Part shown: positions 1 to 8,461 of the stretch, piece by piece
How the letters are laid out: each line of letters starts with the position of its first letter
Position numbering within the stretch: the first letter of the stretch is position 1
Sequence record: NC_100129.1
Source: a phage
DNA: 50,984 nucleotides
Direction: 5' to 3' (one strand)
Notes under the pieces: generated by a model
The model's database searches: none
Told to the model about the DNA's origin: nothing
The model's input: the letters and a program-made list of their open reading frames with translations, nothing else
Position numbers and translations under genes: made by a program

Positions 1-360
1 GTTTTTTGCGTTCGCAATACATTGAAAAACAGCGCGGAAACATGCCGCCCTGAAACGCGAACACGCGCGAACAAAATAAACAGCTTCTGTTTGCTGACGC
101 CACCAGGACGAGGCGAGAGGGCAACTACTTTCTATACACCCCGCCACACATGATTAATCACACACGCAATCAATCGAAAAACCTGGTAAACGCATATCAC
201 ACTAACCAATTTAACAGTTAAGCAACTTATTCCGATTATTCTTTGAGCGTGGAATAACTGGAATAATGCACCAGGCATGGAATAGCACTTTTTGTTAAAA
301 CCGAATCATTCTGATCGGGTACATTACACACATCGAAACAAACCGCTCAGGAGATAGCAA
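1..360. other. non-coding leader region upstream of early plus-strand genes
   Basis: No ORF; contains CGCGAAC repeats and first dyad motif copy. Confidence 0.55.
282..300 (+). promoter_or_regulatory. dyad motif copy (atAGCACTTTTTGTTAAAA)
   Basis: Exact copy of recurrent motif; TACATT 20 nt downstream; upstream of first early gene. Confidence 0.6.
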
Positions 361-633
361 ATGAACATCAGCAAAACCACTTTCAATTTCGCTAAGCGTC
401 ACGGTCTGGATCTGACTGTTGAGAACTTAGGAGATGTTCTGCAACTCTGCATTTGGGAAGCAGATAACGATTGCGAGTGGCTTTGCTCTTATCGTATCAA
501 CTACGATTGCTTGACCTGGCACGGCAATATCTATCTGCCGCAAGAGGTGAAAGAAGAATTGCCAGCGACTATCAACAACGAAGTTTTCTTGCGCCGGGTG
601 CTGAAATTTATCAGTGAGGAGATCAAGAAGTAA
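361..633 (+). CDS. hypothetical early protein (90 aa)
   Basis: ORF with GGAG RBS upstream; first gene after dyad motif at 282-300. Confidence 0.5.
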   Translation: MNISKTTFNFAKRHGLDLTVENLGDVLQLCIWEADNDCEWLCSYRINYDCLTWHGNIYLPQEVKEELPATINNEVFLRRVLKFISEEIKK

Positions 634-899
634 TGGCGGTGATTACCGAAAATGATTTAGATCTGGCTGAGGCATTTTGCAGGGCGGCCAGGGCTAACCT
701 GGATGTGACTACTAAATTTCTTCCGGTGCGCCCACTCTTTTCATGTGCGCCCGTGAACAAACCGACTCGCGTAATGATCGTGATTGAAGGTGATGGCCTG
801 TACGCTGAAAAGACGTTCCACATCAGCAACATTAAAGGCCGCGCTGATTTTATCAATGATGTTTGCTTATTGCAGGAGAAGAAAAAATGCTTGATGTGA
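633..899 (+). CDS. hypothetical protein (88 aa)
   Basis: ATG overlaps stop of upstream ORF (TAATG); overlaps next ORF. Confidence 0.4.
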   Translation: MAVITENDLDLAEAFCRAARANLDVTTKFLPVRPLFSCAPVNKPTRVMIVIEGDGLYAEKTFHISNIKGRADFINDVCLLQEKKKCLM

Positions 900-1099
900 T
901 CAAGAAAGCTCATGAAATGGGTATGGATGTTTCAATCTGCGACGCGTCCGCGCGTCACCCGTTAGCGCCGGAAAATATGGTTGTAGTCATTGTGCATAAT
1001 CACCGCTATGAGTGCCGTGCGATGTTTGATAAGCATGATAAAGAGGCGCAACGCTGTTTTATCAACGAAGTTTGCGATCTGTATGGGAGAATCAACTGA
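887..1099 (+). CDS. hypothetical protein (~70 aa)
   Basis: Internal ATG at 887 preceded by AGGAG RBS; start chosen over 863. Confidence 0.45.
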   Translation: MLDVIKKAHEMGMDVSICDASARHPLAPENMVVVIVHNHRYECRAMFDKHDKEAQRCFINEVCDLYGRIN

Positions 1100-1500
1100 T
1101 GGCTACCGTAACCTTGAAATTTGTTGGCGAATGCAAAAACTCCTGGCACTTCTCAAGCGATCGCGTTTACGAACTGGACAAGGACAAGGACGGCGACGCG
1201 TTCGTTTACGACAACAACATGCTTAAGCTGTATGTCGAGCTCCGCGTCGATGGCGATTTTGTCGGCGTAAATTTTGAGCATTACCGATTCCAGGTTGGAA
1301 GCTATGATCAGATGGGCGTGACGTATCGCGTATCGGTGCGATGCCGGAAGACTGGCAAGACCACGATTGCCTATATGGGTAACAGCGAGACGCTCGCGAA
1401 GAATAGCTACGAGGCGCTGGCGAACAAGCCTGATTTTGTGCGCGACTTCCGCATCATTCTGCAACGCCTTGAACCTGTCACCATGATGGAATCTGACTAA
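1099..1500 (+). CDS. hypothetical protein (133 aa)
   Basis: ATG overlapping upstream stop (TGATG), GGGAGA RBS. Confidence 0.5.
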   Translation: MATVTLKFVGECKNSWHFSSDRVYELDKDKDGDAFVYDNNMLKLYVELRVDGDFVGVNFEHYRFQVGSYDQMGVTYRVSVRCRKTGKTTIAYMGNSETLAKNSYEALANKPDFVRDFRIILQRLEPVTMMESD

Positions 1501-1502
1501 AC

Positions 1503-1520
1503 AGCACTTTTTGTTAAAAC
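1503..1520 (+). promoter_or_regulatory. dyad motif copy
   Basis: AGCACTTTTTGTTAAAAC after stop of upstream ORF; followed by GGTACATTACACCCATCGACAAC leader. Confidence 0.6.
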
Positions 1521-1577
1521 TCAATCCTCGTATTCCGGTACATTACACCCATCGACAACGAATATGAGGATTTGAAA

Positions 1578-1730
1578 ATGGTTACTCTGATTACCTGGGA
1601 ACACGAAAACAGCCAGCCGGAAGCGCGCGAATTTGAAACCGTAGCGGCATGTTATAACCTGGCGAAAAATGGCGGCTTCTACAAGGCGCAAATTGTTAAC
1701 GAATTTGGAGTTGTTGATTATGAGTTTTAA
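1578..1730 (+). CDS. small hypothetical protein (50 aa)
   Basis: Short ORF not in the ORF track, read manually; AGGA RBS, downstream of motif 1503-1520. Confidence 0.3.
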   Translation: MVTLITWEHENSQPEAREFETVAACYNLAKNGGFYKAQIVNEFGVVDYEF

Positions 1731-2001
1731 GTTTTATAGCTATACCGATACAGTGGATTTTGAGGGGATACAATTGCCCCTCCCGAACATATACCGCTAT
1801 ATCACTCGTGACGAACGCGGATTTATTGAAGCCTGGCGCGCGAAGCCAGTTCGGGATCTTGAATTTGGCGGCTTCCGCTCCCTTGAGGGTGAGTTGCCTA
1901 TGTGCTTCGGGCATCAAAGCGGTGAAAACCTTCCGGTTATTACGCGCAAGTATCGACGAGAAACACGAAATCTTATCTCTGTAACTGGAAAAGTTGTTTA
2001 A
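1720..2001 (+). CDS. hypothetical protein (93 aa)
   Basis: ORF; ATG overlaps previous small ORF; stop followed by dyad motif. Confidence 0.5.
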   Translation: MSFKFYSYTDTVDFEGIQLPLPNIYRYITRDERGFIEAWRAKPVRDLEFGGFRSLEGELPMCFGHQSGENLPVITRKYRRETRNLISVTGKVV

Positions 2002-2020
2002 TAGCACTTTTTGTTAAAAA
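2001..2020 (+). promoter_or_regulatory. dyad motif copy
   Basis: ATAGCACTTTTTGTTAAAAA; TATATTACACCCATCGACAAC follows. Confidence 0.6.
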
Positions 2021-2075
2021 CGATGTGCGCCTGAATGGTATATTACACCCATCGACAACAAGCGAGGATTTAAAG

Positions 2076-2273
2076 ATGGAAAATCAGGTTGATGTTAAAG
2101 TTGTTAAGCGCGACAAGTCTCACGAAAAAGGTTTGTTTAAGAAAGGTGCTGAAATCACCATTGACCTTGATGATATGGAGGCGTACCACTCAGGGCTAAC
2201 TTGGAACGTTCGCAAATGTGAAAACGGCCTGTTCAAGTTAAATGGCTTTGAAACATACATGGAGATCATCTAA
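2076..2273 (+). CDS. hypothetical protein (65 aa)
   Basis: Internal ATG with GAGGA RBS, downstream of motif 2001-2020. Confidence 0.5.
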   Translation: MENQVDVKVVKRDKSHEKGLFKKGAEITIDLDDMEAYHSGLTWNVRKCENGLFKLNGFETYMEII

Positions 2274-2485
2274 TGGCAAAGCAATTAAAACTTAAATGCG
2301 TAGAAACTTATAACTCAATTTGGAAATTCACGCGCGAAAAAGAATATCCACTAATGGGAAATCTCAAAGAAGATCCTCATGTAATTTCAGATAATGGTCT
2401 TCACCTTTATTTAATGGAATACAACGATGGATATATTGGTGCTGGTGTTCCAGGCCATAAATTTAAGATGAAAAATAAGAAATGA
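2273..2485 (+). CDS. hypothetical protein (70 aa)
   Basis: ORF, start overlaps upstream stop (TAATG). Confidence 0.5.
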   Translation: MAKQLKLKCVETYNSIWKFTREKEYPLMGNLKEDPHVISDNGLHLYLMEYNDGYIGAGVPGHKFKMKNKK

Positions 2486-2593
2486 GGCTGGTAATATTCC
2501 GCAACGCCTGGATGGTGGCTGTTGCAAATGACCATTACGGCGGCGACGGTAAACGCGCCGCTCGACACTCTTACTTTAACTGAGGAAAATATA

Positions 2594-2833
2594 ATGACTG
2601 CTAAATCAATCAAGGTTGAAAATATTCTTGCTGCTGTTAAGGCGCACCACCGCTTAATTGTTCGACTTGATAAAACAAGCGGAATCAGCCAATTAACCAT
2701 CACTGAGGGTAAAGGCGGTTACACTGTTGGCATTCATCCAGGCGGCAAGCTGCGAAAATTCAGCGAGGCCGGATTAAAAGAAATGCTGAATGAATACTCT
2801 TTTTACATTCAAAGTTGGAAGGATGCAAAATAA
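2594..2833 (+). CDS. hypothetical protein (~80 aa)
   Basis: Internal ATG with GAGGA RBS. Confidence 0.45.
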   Translation: MTAKSIKVENILAAVKAHHRLIVRLDKTSGISQLTITEGKGGYTVGIHPGGKLRKFSEAGLKEMLNEYSFYIQSWKDAK

Positions 2834-2878
2834 TGCTCCACGGGCGCTATAATGCGCCCACAAATACAGGAAACAACC

Positions 2879-2989
2879 ATGAATAAGTTTTTAGATATTA
2901 CTTTTGCGTGCGTTTCTGGAAGCATTGGATTGGCGTTAATCGCTGCTGGCGCTGCTTTGATTTACATTTCTTTTGAGGTGATTTCATAA
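2879..2989 (+). CDS. small membrane protein (36 aa, single TM)
   Basis: Manually read ORF MNKFLDITFACVSGSIGLALIAAGAALIYISFEVIS; AGGAAACA RBS; hydrophobic core. Confidence 0.35.
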   Translation: MNKFLDITFACVSGSIGLALIAAGAALIYISFEVIS

Positions 2990-3213
2990 TGAGTCAGGAC
3001 GGATTTTTTGAACGCCTTCAAATGGCAGAAGATGCCGGACTAAATAAAGAGGCGGCGCTTGAAGTTGCATATAAGATTAAGACTCTTGATGATGCGCTAG
3101 GTGATATGGATATGAATCTTGAATCAAGCGCAATATTTGCAGATCCCACTATGATTGTTAATGATTGTGGATGCGATTTCGATCCTAGCTGTCCTCGCTG
3201 TTTTCCGTTTTGA
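2989..3213 (+). CDS. hypothetical protein (74 aa)
   Basis: ORF, start overlaps upstream stop. Confidence 0.45.
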   Translation: MSQDGFFERLQMAEDAGLNKEAALEVAYKIKTLDDALGDMDMNLESSAIFADPTMIVNDCGCDFDPSCPRCFPF

Positions 3214-3223
3214 GGTAATGACG

Positions 3224-3928
3224 ATGTATAAAGGTTTAATATTCTCCCTATTTGATGGGTCTGGTAAAGCCGTTAAAGATTGGGCTGATAATGGCTATAA
3301 GTGCATTTGCTTTAATGCTGACGGTGGCGATCACGGTGATTACCAGTCAGTGCGCATAAAGCATGAGAATATCGAATACGTTAACGTCTGGATTGACGAT
3401 GCTTTTTATGTTAAGGCAATAAATAATGAGTGGGGCAATCCTGATTTTATTATGGCCTTCCCACCATGCACTGACCTTGCAAATAGCGGATCTCGCCATT
3501 GGGCTAAAAAACGCCTTGAGAATCCATCGTTCCAGGATGAGGCCGCCGACACTTGCAGAATCGCGGCTGATATAGCTGATTATTTCGGTGTTCCTTACAT
3601 GATCGAAAATCCGGTTGGCAAGTTGTCAACGTTATGGCGTAAGCCTGATTATACGTTCCATCCGTGCGATTACGCTGGCTATCTGCCGGAAGATGATAAA
3701 CATCCCGACTTCCCTGATATTATTCCGGCGCGTGATTGCTACTTTAAGAAAACATGCCTTTGGACTGGAAACGGCTTTATCGTTCCACAGAGAAAACTGG
3801 TATTGCCAACCGAGAAGGATAACCCAGGCTGGGCTAAAACTGGTGGCAAATCATCCAGAACAAAGATGATACGCTCCCTCACTCCGCGAGGATTTGCTCG
3901 CGCCGTATTTGAGGCAAACTCAAAATAG
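3224..3928 (+). CDS. compact C5-cytosine DNA methyltransferase-like protein (234 aa)
   Basis: Motifs in canonical order: FSLFDGSG (motif I), AFPPCTDLANSG (PC motif IV), MIENPVG (ENV motif VI); no room for a normal target-recognition domain; stop TAG is part of dyad motif. Confidence 0.55.
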   Translation: MYKGLIFSLFDGSGKAVKDWADNGYKCICFNADGGDHGDYQSVRIKHENIEYVNVWIDDAFYVKAINNEWGNPDFIMAFPPCTDLANSGSRHWAKKRLENPSFQDEAADTCRIAADIADYFGVPYMIENPVGKLSTLWRKPDYTFHPCDYAGYLPEDDKHPDFPDIIPARDCYFKKTCLWTGNGFIVPQRKLVLPTEKDNPGWAKTGGKSSRTKMIRSLTPRGFARAVFEANSK

Positions 3929-3944
3929 CACTTTTTGTTAAAAC
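3925..3944 (+). promoter_or_regulatory. dyad motif copy
   Basis: Overlaps stop TAG of methyltransferase-like gene; followed by hairpin GCCCGAC..GTCGGGC and CATAAT. Confidence 0.6.
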
Positions 3945-4000
3945 GCCCGACCTTGAGTCGGGCATAATGCGTTTCAACGAAAACAACTGGAGAAAATCAA

Positions 4001-4387
4001 ATGAAAGTTATCCGCAATTCCGACAACAAATTGATGAACGGTCGCTATAAAACTGTTTACACAAAAGTAGCTGGCAGCGACGACGTGATCGAGGTGGAGG
4101 AATTTCAGGTTAAGGCGCTGGCTAAGGGCGCGAAGTGGGAATCAGCCAACCAGGACGAATACCGCACTATCAAGGCAAAGACGATTCTATGTACGTTTGT
4201 TGATCACCGGATGGCAACCAAAAAAAGTTTTAAAGCTGGAAAGCGTTACCAGGTCGAACAGGGTCGCGTTCTTGGATCAGTTGCTGGTTACGTCTTCGAT
4301 GAGGACGGCGACCGATGGACGCTCTACCGCGAGGAGGTCGGATTCTCTGCTGGTTACTCTTATCTTTTTGAGGCCAAATATTCATGA
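4001..4387 (+). CDS. hypothetical protein (128 aa)
   Basis: ORF with GGAG RBS after motif 3925-3944. Confidence 0.5.
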   Translation: MKVIRNSDNKLMNGRYKTVYTKVAGSDDVIEVEEFQVKALAKGAKWESANQDEYRTIKAKTILCTFVDHRMATKKSFKAGKRYQVEQGRVLGSVAGYVFDEDGDRWTLYREEVGFSAGYSYLFEAKYS

Positions 4388-4605
4388 TCCGCAGTGAATA
4401 CCGATATAAAGTAACTCACGCCACAACTGCAACTTTCAAGCCTGGCGATATTGTCAGGCCAATAAAGAGAACTGCGGAAGGTTGGCTGATTGGGTATTCA
4501 TATCACAAGTCGCTTTACTTCACTTTTAAGGATGATGTAACCGGAGAATGCTACAGCGACCGCCAGCCGGATCGCCTACTGGTTGCAATCGAGCGGATCA
4601 AATAG
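4384..4605 (+). CDS. hypothetical protein (73 aa)
   Basis: ORF overlapping upstream stop; stop TAG inside dyad motif. Confidence 0.5.
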   Translation: MIRSEYRYKVTHATTATFKPGDIVRPIKRTAEGWLIGYSYHKSLYFTFKDDVTGECYSDRQPDRLLVAIERIK

Positions 4606-4620
4606 CACTTTTTGACAAAT
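4602..4620 (+). promoter_or_regulatory. dyad motif copy, variant (..TTTTTGACAAAT)
   Basis: ATAGCACTTTTTGACAAAT overlapping stop TAG; hairpin GGTGCGGT..ACCGCACC downstream. Confidence 0.5.
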
Positions 4621-4672
4621 AAGGGTAGTATTGGTGCGGTAACATACACCGCACCAAATAGGAGTCGATTTA

Positions 4673-6256
4673 ATGAATTTTTCATTTGAAACAAGTCAGT
4701 TATCACCGAAACAAATCATTGAAACCGCCGAATCTCAAGGTATTTCCCCTGTTCGTGTATCCATTCAGGCCAACGGATACCGCCAATCGTCAAGCTATTG
4801 GGGACAGGTGGAAGATATTAACGGCGGTAACGACCGCTACCCTGTCATTTCACTTGGGAATGATGTTGATGTAGTTGGTAAGCTGGCGCGCAATCTTGCG
4901 AGATCTGTTCAATTCCCTGAATCATCGGCCTACATGCACTTTATCGGATGTATTTCTGCCGCTATGCTTGGTCGATTCACAGTTGACTACCACGGAACCG
5001 ATCAGCCGACCGCGCTTTACGTTGTGACAAGCCAGCCTCCGTCGGCAGGTAAATCCGCGATTAACAGTCTGGCTATTGCGCCTATGGTTGCAGAAGTTGA
5101 GCGCATCAACGAGCAACGCAAGAAGGAACGGAAAAAGATACAGGCAAAACTTGCCGGACTACTAAAGGAGATGAAAAGCGAACGCTCCGGCGCAGATATG
5201 GAGATTCTATATCAAGAAAAAGAAGATCTGGAAGAAAAACTAAGCAAACTTTGCGATGTTGTTTTCCCTGTCTCCGACACCACACCAGAGGGATTAGCAA
5301 AGATAAATAACAGACAAGGAAACTTCGCGGTTATTTCTGATGAAGCAACCAGTATTAACAGTCTGCTTGGCCTGACTTACGCGAATAGCGAGCGCAAAAC
5401 TAACAGCGAACTTGTGTTAAAAGCATGGGATCACGGCCATGTTTCTATCGCCCGTTCTAATGCAGACAATAACATGAGTTTTTTTGCGCTTGGATGTATG
5501 AGTGTTATCGCCCAGGATGAAACTATTAATGGCATCATGGATGCAGGATCTCGTGGCATCGGTGTAAGCGAGCGTTTTCTACTGGTGCGCGAACAGCCGT
5601 TAATCGGTACGCGTGTATTTGTTGATGAGAATGGTGATTCAACTTACGAACCAGTAGACGGTGAATTGAAAGCGCAATACTTTCAGTTGGTGCATAACAT
5701 TATGAGCGAAATTAACGTTTCTCTGAAAGTTAGCCGTTCTGCAATGCGCGTGCTGAACATTGCACGCCAGGATATGGAACCGCATCTTGCCGACGGCGGA
5801 AAGTTTTCGCATACGATGCTACGCGGTGCGCTGGGTAAAATGGATAAGCAGGTGATCCGCATTGCTGCCGTTCTGCATGTGATACGCAATTGGTTTAATC
5901 CTGCTGGATACCCGCAAAAGTCTAGAGAGATTGACGTTGACACGATGCAAGAAGCCTTGCTGATGTTCCATGAATTGAGCAAAACGTATATCAGCGCGGC
6001 GAACGCGTCCGGCTATGCTGGTGATGATGCCGAGATGTCAAAACTGATTGAGTTAATCACCCGCCACGGTAAGGCAAATAAAGGCGTATTGAATGTCCGC
6101 GCTTTGTATGAGGCAGCACGCAAGGTAAAACCTTTCCTGGGGCAAGCTGGCGTGATGAAGCGCATAGAATCGCAACTTCTTCCGATGCTTGAGCAAAAAA
6201 ACTACGTTTGTGTTATTAATGGTGTTATTTTTGTGAATCCTGTGTTAATGGGGTAA
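4673..6256 (+). CDS. putative P-loop NTPase, replication-associated (527 aa)
   Basis: Deviant Walker A SQPPSAGKS and Walker B-like AVISDEA; large early gene; family assignment uncertain. Confidence 0.45.
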   Translation: MNFSFETSQLSPKQIIETAESQGISPVRVSIQANGYRQSSSYWGQVEDINGGNDRYPVISLGNDVDVVGKLARNLARSVQFPESSAYMHFIGCISAAMLGRFTVDYHGTDQPTALYVVTSQPPSAGKSAINSLAIAPMVAEVERINEQRKKERKKIQAKLAGLLKEMKSERSGADMEILYQEKEDLEEKLSKLCDVVFPVSDTTPEGLAKINNRQGNFAVISDEATSINSLLGLTYANSERKTNSELVLKAWDHGHVSIARSNADNNMSFFALGCMSVIAQDETINGIMDAGSRGIGVSERFLLVREQPLIGTRVFVDENGDSTYEPVDGELKAQYFQLVHNIMSEINVSLKVSRSAMRVLNIARQDMEPHLADGGKFSHTMLRGALGKMDKQVIRIAAVLHVIRNWFNPAGYPQKSREIDVDTMQEALLMFHELSKTYISAANASGYAGDDAEMSKLIELITRHGKANKGVLNVRALYEAARKVKPFLGQAGVMKRIESQLLPMLEQKNYVCVINGVIFVNPVLMG

Positions 6257-6651
6257 TGATGTTCATTCTGGATCTCTACAGATGGTGTGAGTCTTACGAC
6301 TGGTTTACTCGTCAGCACATTGCAAAATTTATCTATCAGCACAGAGAATGTGAACGCCTGGCGAAGCAGGCCGGATTCACCCCGCGCATGTTCGCTTCCA
6401 TGCTATCGAAAGAGTTTTGCGCAAGAATGATGGGCGCTGGTTATCTGGATGGCGTTGAAGGTAGATTTTGGTGCATTGACGGATCTGCCCGTAGGCCGTT
6501 CGGATTCGAATTTTACACCTTTGAGGGAATGCAAAATGAATGGATAAGGGATATGGCACGGATAGGAGAAATGAGTGATGATGAACTCTTTGGAGCAAAG
6601 TCTAATAGACAAGATATTGAAATTTTGCGCCGTAAATTCAATATCACATGA
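6256..6651 (+). CDS. hypothetical protein (131 aa)
   Basis: ORF, ATG overlaps upstream stop (TAATGATG). Confidence 0.5.
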   Translation: MMFILDLYRWCESYDWFTRQHIAKFIYQHRECERLAKQAGFTPRMFASMLSKEFCARMMGAGYLDGVEGRFWCIDGSARRPFGFEFYTFEGMQNEWIRDMARIGEMSDDELFGAKSNRQDIEILRRKFNIT

Positions 6652-6772
6652 GGATTTCATTCATGCGTTACTTACGCTGCTTTTATCGGATATGCGTGCC
6701 TTTGACACTTCCGAACACAATTTATGTGATGATGATGGTGTCTTGCTGGTTACGGTGAAGCGGATGGAATAG
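6575..6772 (+). CDS. hypothetical protein (start uncertain)
   Basis: ORF overlapping previous gene by 77 nt; stop TAG inside dyad motif 6769-6788. Confidence 0.3.
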   Translation: MMMNSLEQSLIDKILKFCAVNSISHEDFIHALLTLLLSDMRAFDTSEHNLCDDDGVLLVTVKRME

Positions 6773-6788
6773 CACTTTTTGTTAAAAC
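6769..6788 (+). promoter_or_regulatory. dyad motif copy
   Basis: Overlaps stop TAG; followed by hairpin, TATATT and TCATCGAAACGA leader. Confidence 0.6.
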
Positions 6789-6844
6789 GCCCGGCTTATA
6801 GTCGGGTATATTTGTTTCATCGAAACGAATATGAGGAAAACAAA

Positions 6845-7063
6845 ATGAGCAACAAATTTTTTACCGTGGCGCTGATTATCAAACATGAAAACGGCACTAC
6901 CACTGAGATCCCTACAAAATTCCCAGCCGACTCCTGGACTAACGAGCAAGCTGTCGGATATGTTGAGGAAATGGCTAAACGCGTAATGGCTGGTCATTAT
7001 GATATTGAATTTCAGGAAAACCAGAAGCTAACAAATCATTCACACGAATGGACTGATGCTTAA
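6845..7063 (+). CDS. hypothetical protein (72 aa)
   Basis: Internal ATG with GAGGAAAA RBS after motif; followed by bidirectional terminator. Confidence 0.5.
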   Translation: MSNKFFTVALIIKHENGTTTEIPTKFPADSWTNEQAVGYVEEMAKRVMAGHYDIEFQENQKLTNHSHEWTDA

Positions 7064-7067
7064 AAAT

Positions 7068-7092
7068 AAAGGAGGCTTTAAGCCTCCTTTTT
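7068..7092. terminator. bidirectional rho-independent terminator
   Basis: Hairpin GGAGGCTTTAAGCCTCC flanked by A-run and T-run between convergent genes. Confidence 0.75.
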
Positions 7093-7464
7093 CTTTGTCC
7101 AGAAGTAGATAGCAAGCATTACGGCGAATGTGGCAAAACATACGATTATCGGGTCGTACCATCTGCCGTTATCACCCTGCACAACCTGGATTTTTTCCGC
7201 ATTGATGGTATTGGCCTGAATGGTTGATGCCTTAACCGTCTTCTTGCTTGATGTATCCACCTTTTCGACCTTCGATTCTTTAAAGGTGTTTTCCTGCTTG
7301 CTGCTGGAGTCTTTTTTTGCGGTAATACCAACGGCCTGCTTCACGTTCTCCGCGCCAGCCTGGGCGCTAATATCTGGCTTACTTCCGGTCAGTATGTCAA
7401 CTGGACTTATAGCAGAACAGCCGGACAATAAAACCGCCAGTGCAATAGCTGTGATTCGTTTCAT
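7078..7464 (-). CDS. unimolecular spanin (lipoprotein with C-terminal TM anchor)
   Basis: N-terminal signal plus lipobox LLSGC and C-terminal TM IIVCFATFAVMLAIYFW in one 128-aa protein; directly downstream of endolysin; this architecture is the T1 gp11-type u-spanin. Confidence 0.75.
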   Translation of the reverse strand: MKRITAIALAVLLSGCSAISPVDILTGSKPDISAQAGAENVKQAVGITAKKDSSSKQENTFKESKVEKVDTSSKKTVKASTIQANTINAEKIQVVQGDNGRWYDPIIVCFATFAVMLAIYFWTKKKEA

Positions 7465-7952
7465 TACAGATCCCTCATGCAGTATTTAAACTCAACCGCG
7501 CGACGGTTGCGTAAACCTTTAGAGCGTTCTTTCTTTCCGGTTTTAGGATTCGTGAATTTATCCCACCGCCATAACTGCTGGCACGCTTCCGGAAATCTGC
7601 CCTGATTAATCAGTTTAAGCATTGTCGAATTGCGGAATGCACCCACACCAGCGTTAAAAGTGAAACTATACATCGCCGCTCTCATCGTGGCTGGGATTTC
7701 AACCTTCACGCGCTTGTCTACTTCATCCTTCGCCACCTTGATATGTTTTGCCAGTAGCGCATCGCATTCGCGCTTTGTGTAGGTCTTGCCGATAATCACA
7801 TCTTTTCCGGTGATTCCGGCGCATACCGTCCAGACTCCGGCAATATCTTTATATGGCGTGTATCTGATCCCTTCGATTTCCTCAAGAAGTGGAGAAGTAA
7901 GAGCAAGCGCAGCGCCGATGGCGACGGCGACGACGCTATTTCTTGCGCTCAT
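7464..7952 (-). CDS. endolysin, lysozyme-like with N-terminal signal-anchor (SAR-type, inferred)
   Basis: 162 aa; N-terminal weakly hydrophobic Ala/Gly-rich segment; [26 protein letters not shown] resembles the catalytic Glu region of phage lysozymes; lies between holin and spanin. Confidence 0.7.
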   Translation of the reverse strand: MSARNSVVAVAIGAALALTSPLLEEIEGIRYTPYKDIAGVWTVCAGITGKDVIIGKTYTKRECDALLAKHIKVAKDEVDKRVKVEIPATMRAAMYSFTFNAGVGAFRNSTMLKLINQGRFPEACQQLWRWDKFTNPKTGKKERSKGLRNRRAVEFKYCMRDL

Positions 7953-8188
7953 TATTTACCCCTAATTTCAATTGCTTTTTTAAAGTCACCACTATCAAGC
8001 GCCTTCTGGAAGGCTTTACTATCACGCCACCGCAGATAAGCGCCCCACACGCCGAAAATAGCCATCAATACGAAGCTGGCAATTGCAATTGCAGTTTGTC
8101 CGGTTACTGCTCCAGTGATTGATGCGCCACCCGTGCCTGACGTTGCAGCGTTCAAAAAATCTTTCATTTTTAGATCCTCTTTATTCAA
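7952..8188 (-). CDS. holin (single TM, pinholin-like)
   Basis: 78 aa, one TM ([20 protein letters not shown]), charged C-terminus, first gene of lysis cassette. Confidence 0.6.
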   Translation of the reverse strand: MNKEDLKMKDFLNAATSGTGGASITGAVTGQTAIAIASFVLMAIFGVWGAYLRWRDSKAFQKALDSGDFKKAIEIRGK

Positions 8189-8225
8189 ATGTCAATAGTG
8201 ATGATTGCATTTTAAACATTGCGCT

Positions 8226-8268
8226 GAAAAAATAAATAAAAAAAGGAGGCTTGTAAATTAAGCCTCCT
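8226..8268 (-). terminator. rho-independent terminator (minus strand)
   Basis: Hairpin AGGAGGCTT..AAGCCTCCT followed on minus strand by a long T-run; between phosphoesterase and holin genes. Confidence 0.65.
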
Positions 8269-8290
8269 TATAAGTTAATGTTTTATATGG

Positions 8291-8461
8291 TTATTCTACT
8301 GGTGAAAAAGTCAGGTAATAGCCGTGTAATGGTGCGATTATTGCGCTGCCTTGCCCGTCGCGGATCTCATACATGCCGCCAGGAATTGCTACCGCCGTGT
8401 AAATCAGGCCGACGGTATAAGGCAATTGCTTAGATGTGTTTCTGGTGCAACGTACTTTCAT
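8291..8461 (-). CDS. small hypothetical protein (56 aa)
   Basis: Manually read ORF; ATG directly abuts stop of upstream gene (TAAATG). Confidence 0.3.
   Translation of the reverse strand: MKVRCTRNTSKQLPYTVGLIYTAVAIPGGMYEIRDGQGSAIIAPLHGYYLTFSPVE

Noticed and set aside
6575-6651. Treating the 77-nt overlap between ORFs 6256-6651 and 6575-6772 as evidence for a programmed frameshift
   Set aside because: No slippery heptamer found in the overlap; more likely an alternative downstream start or a short independent gene.
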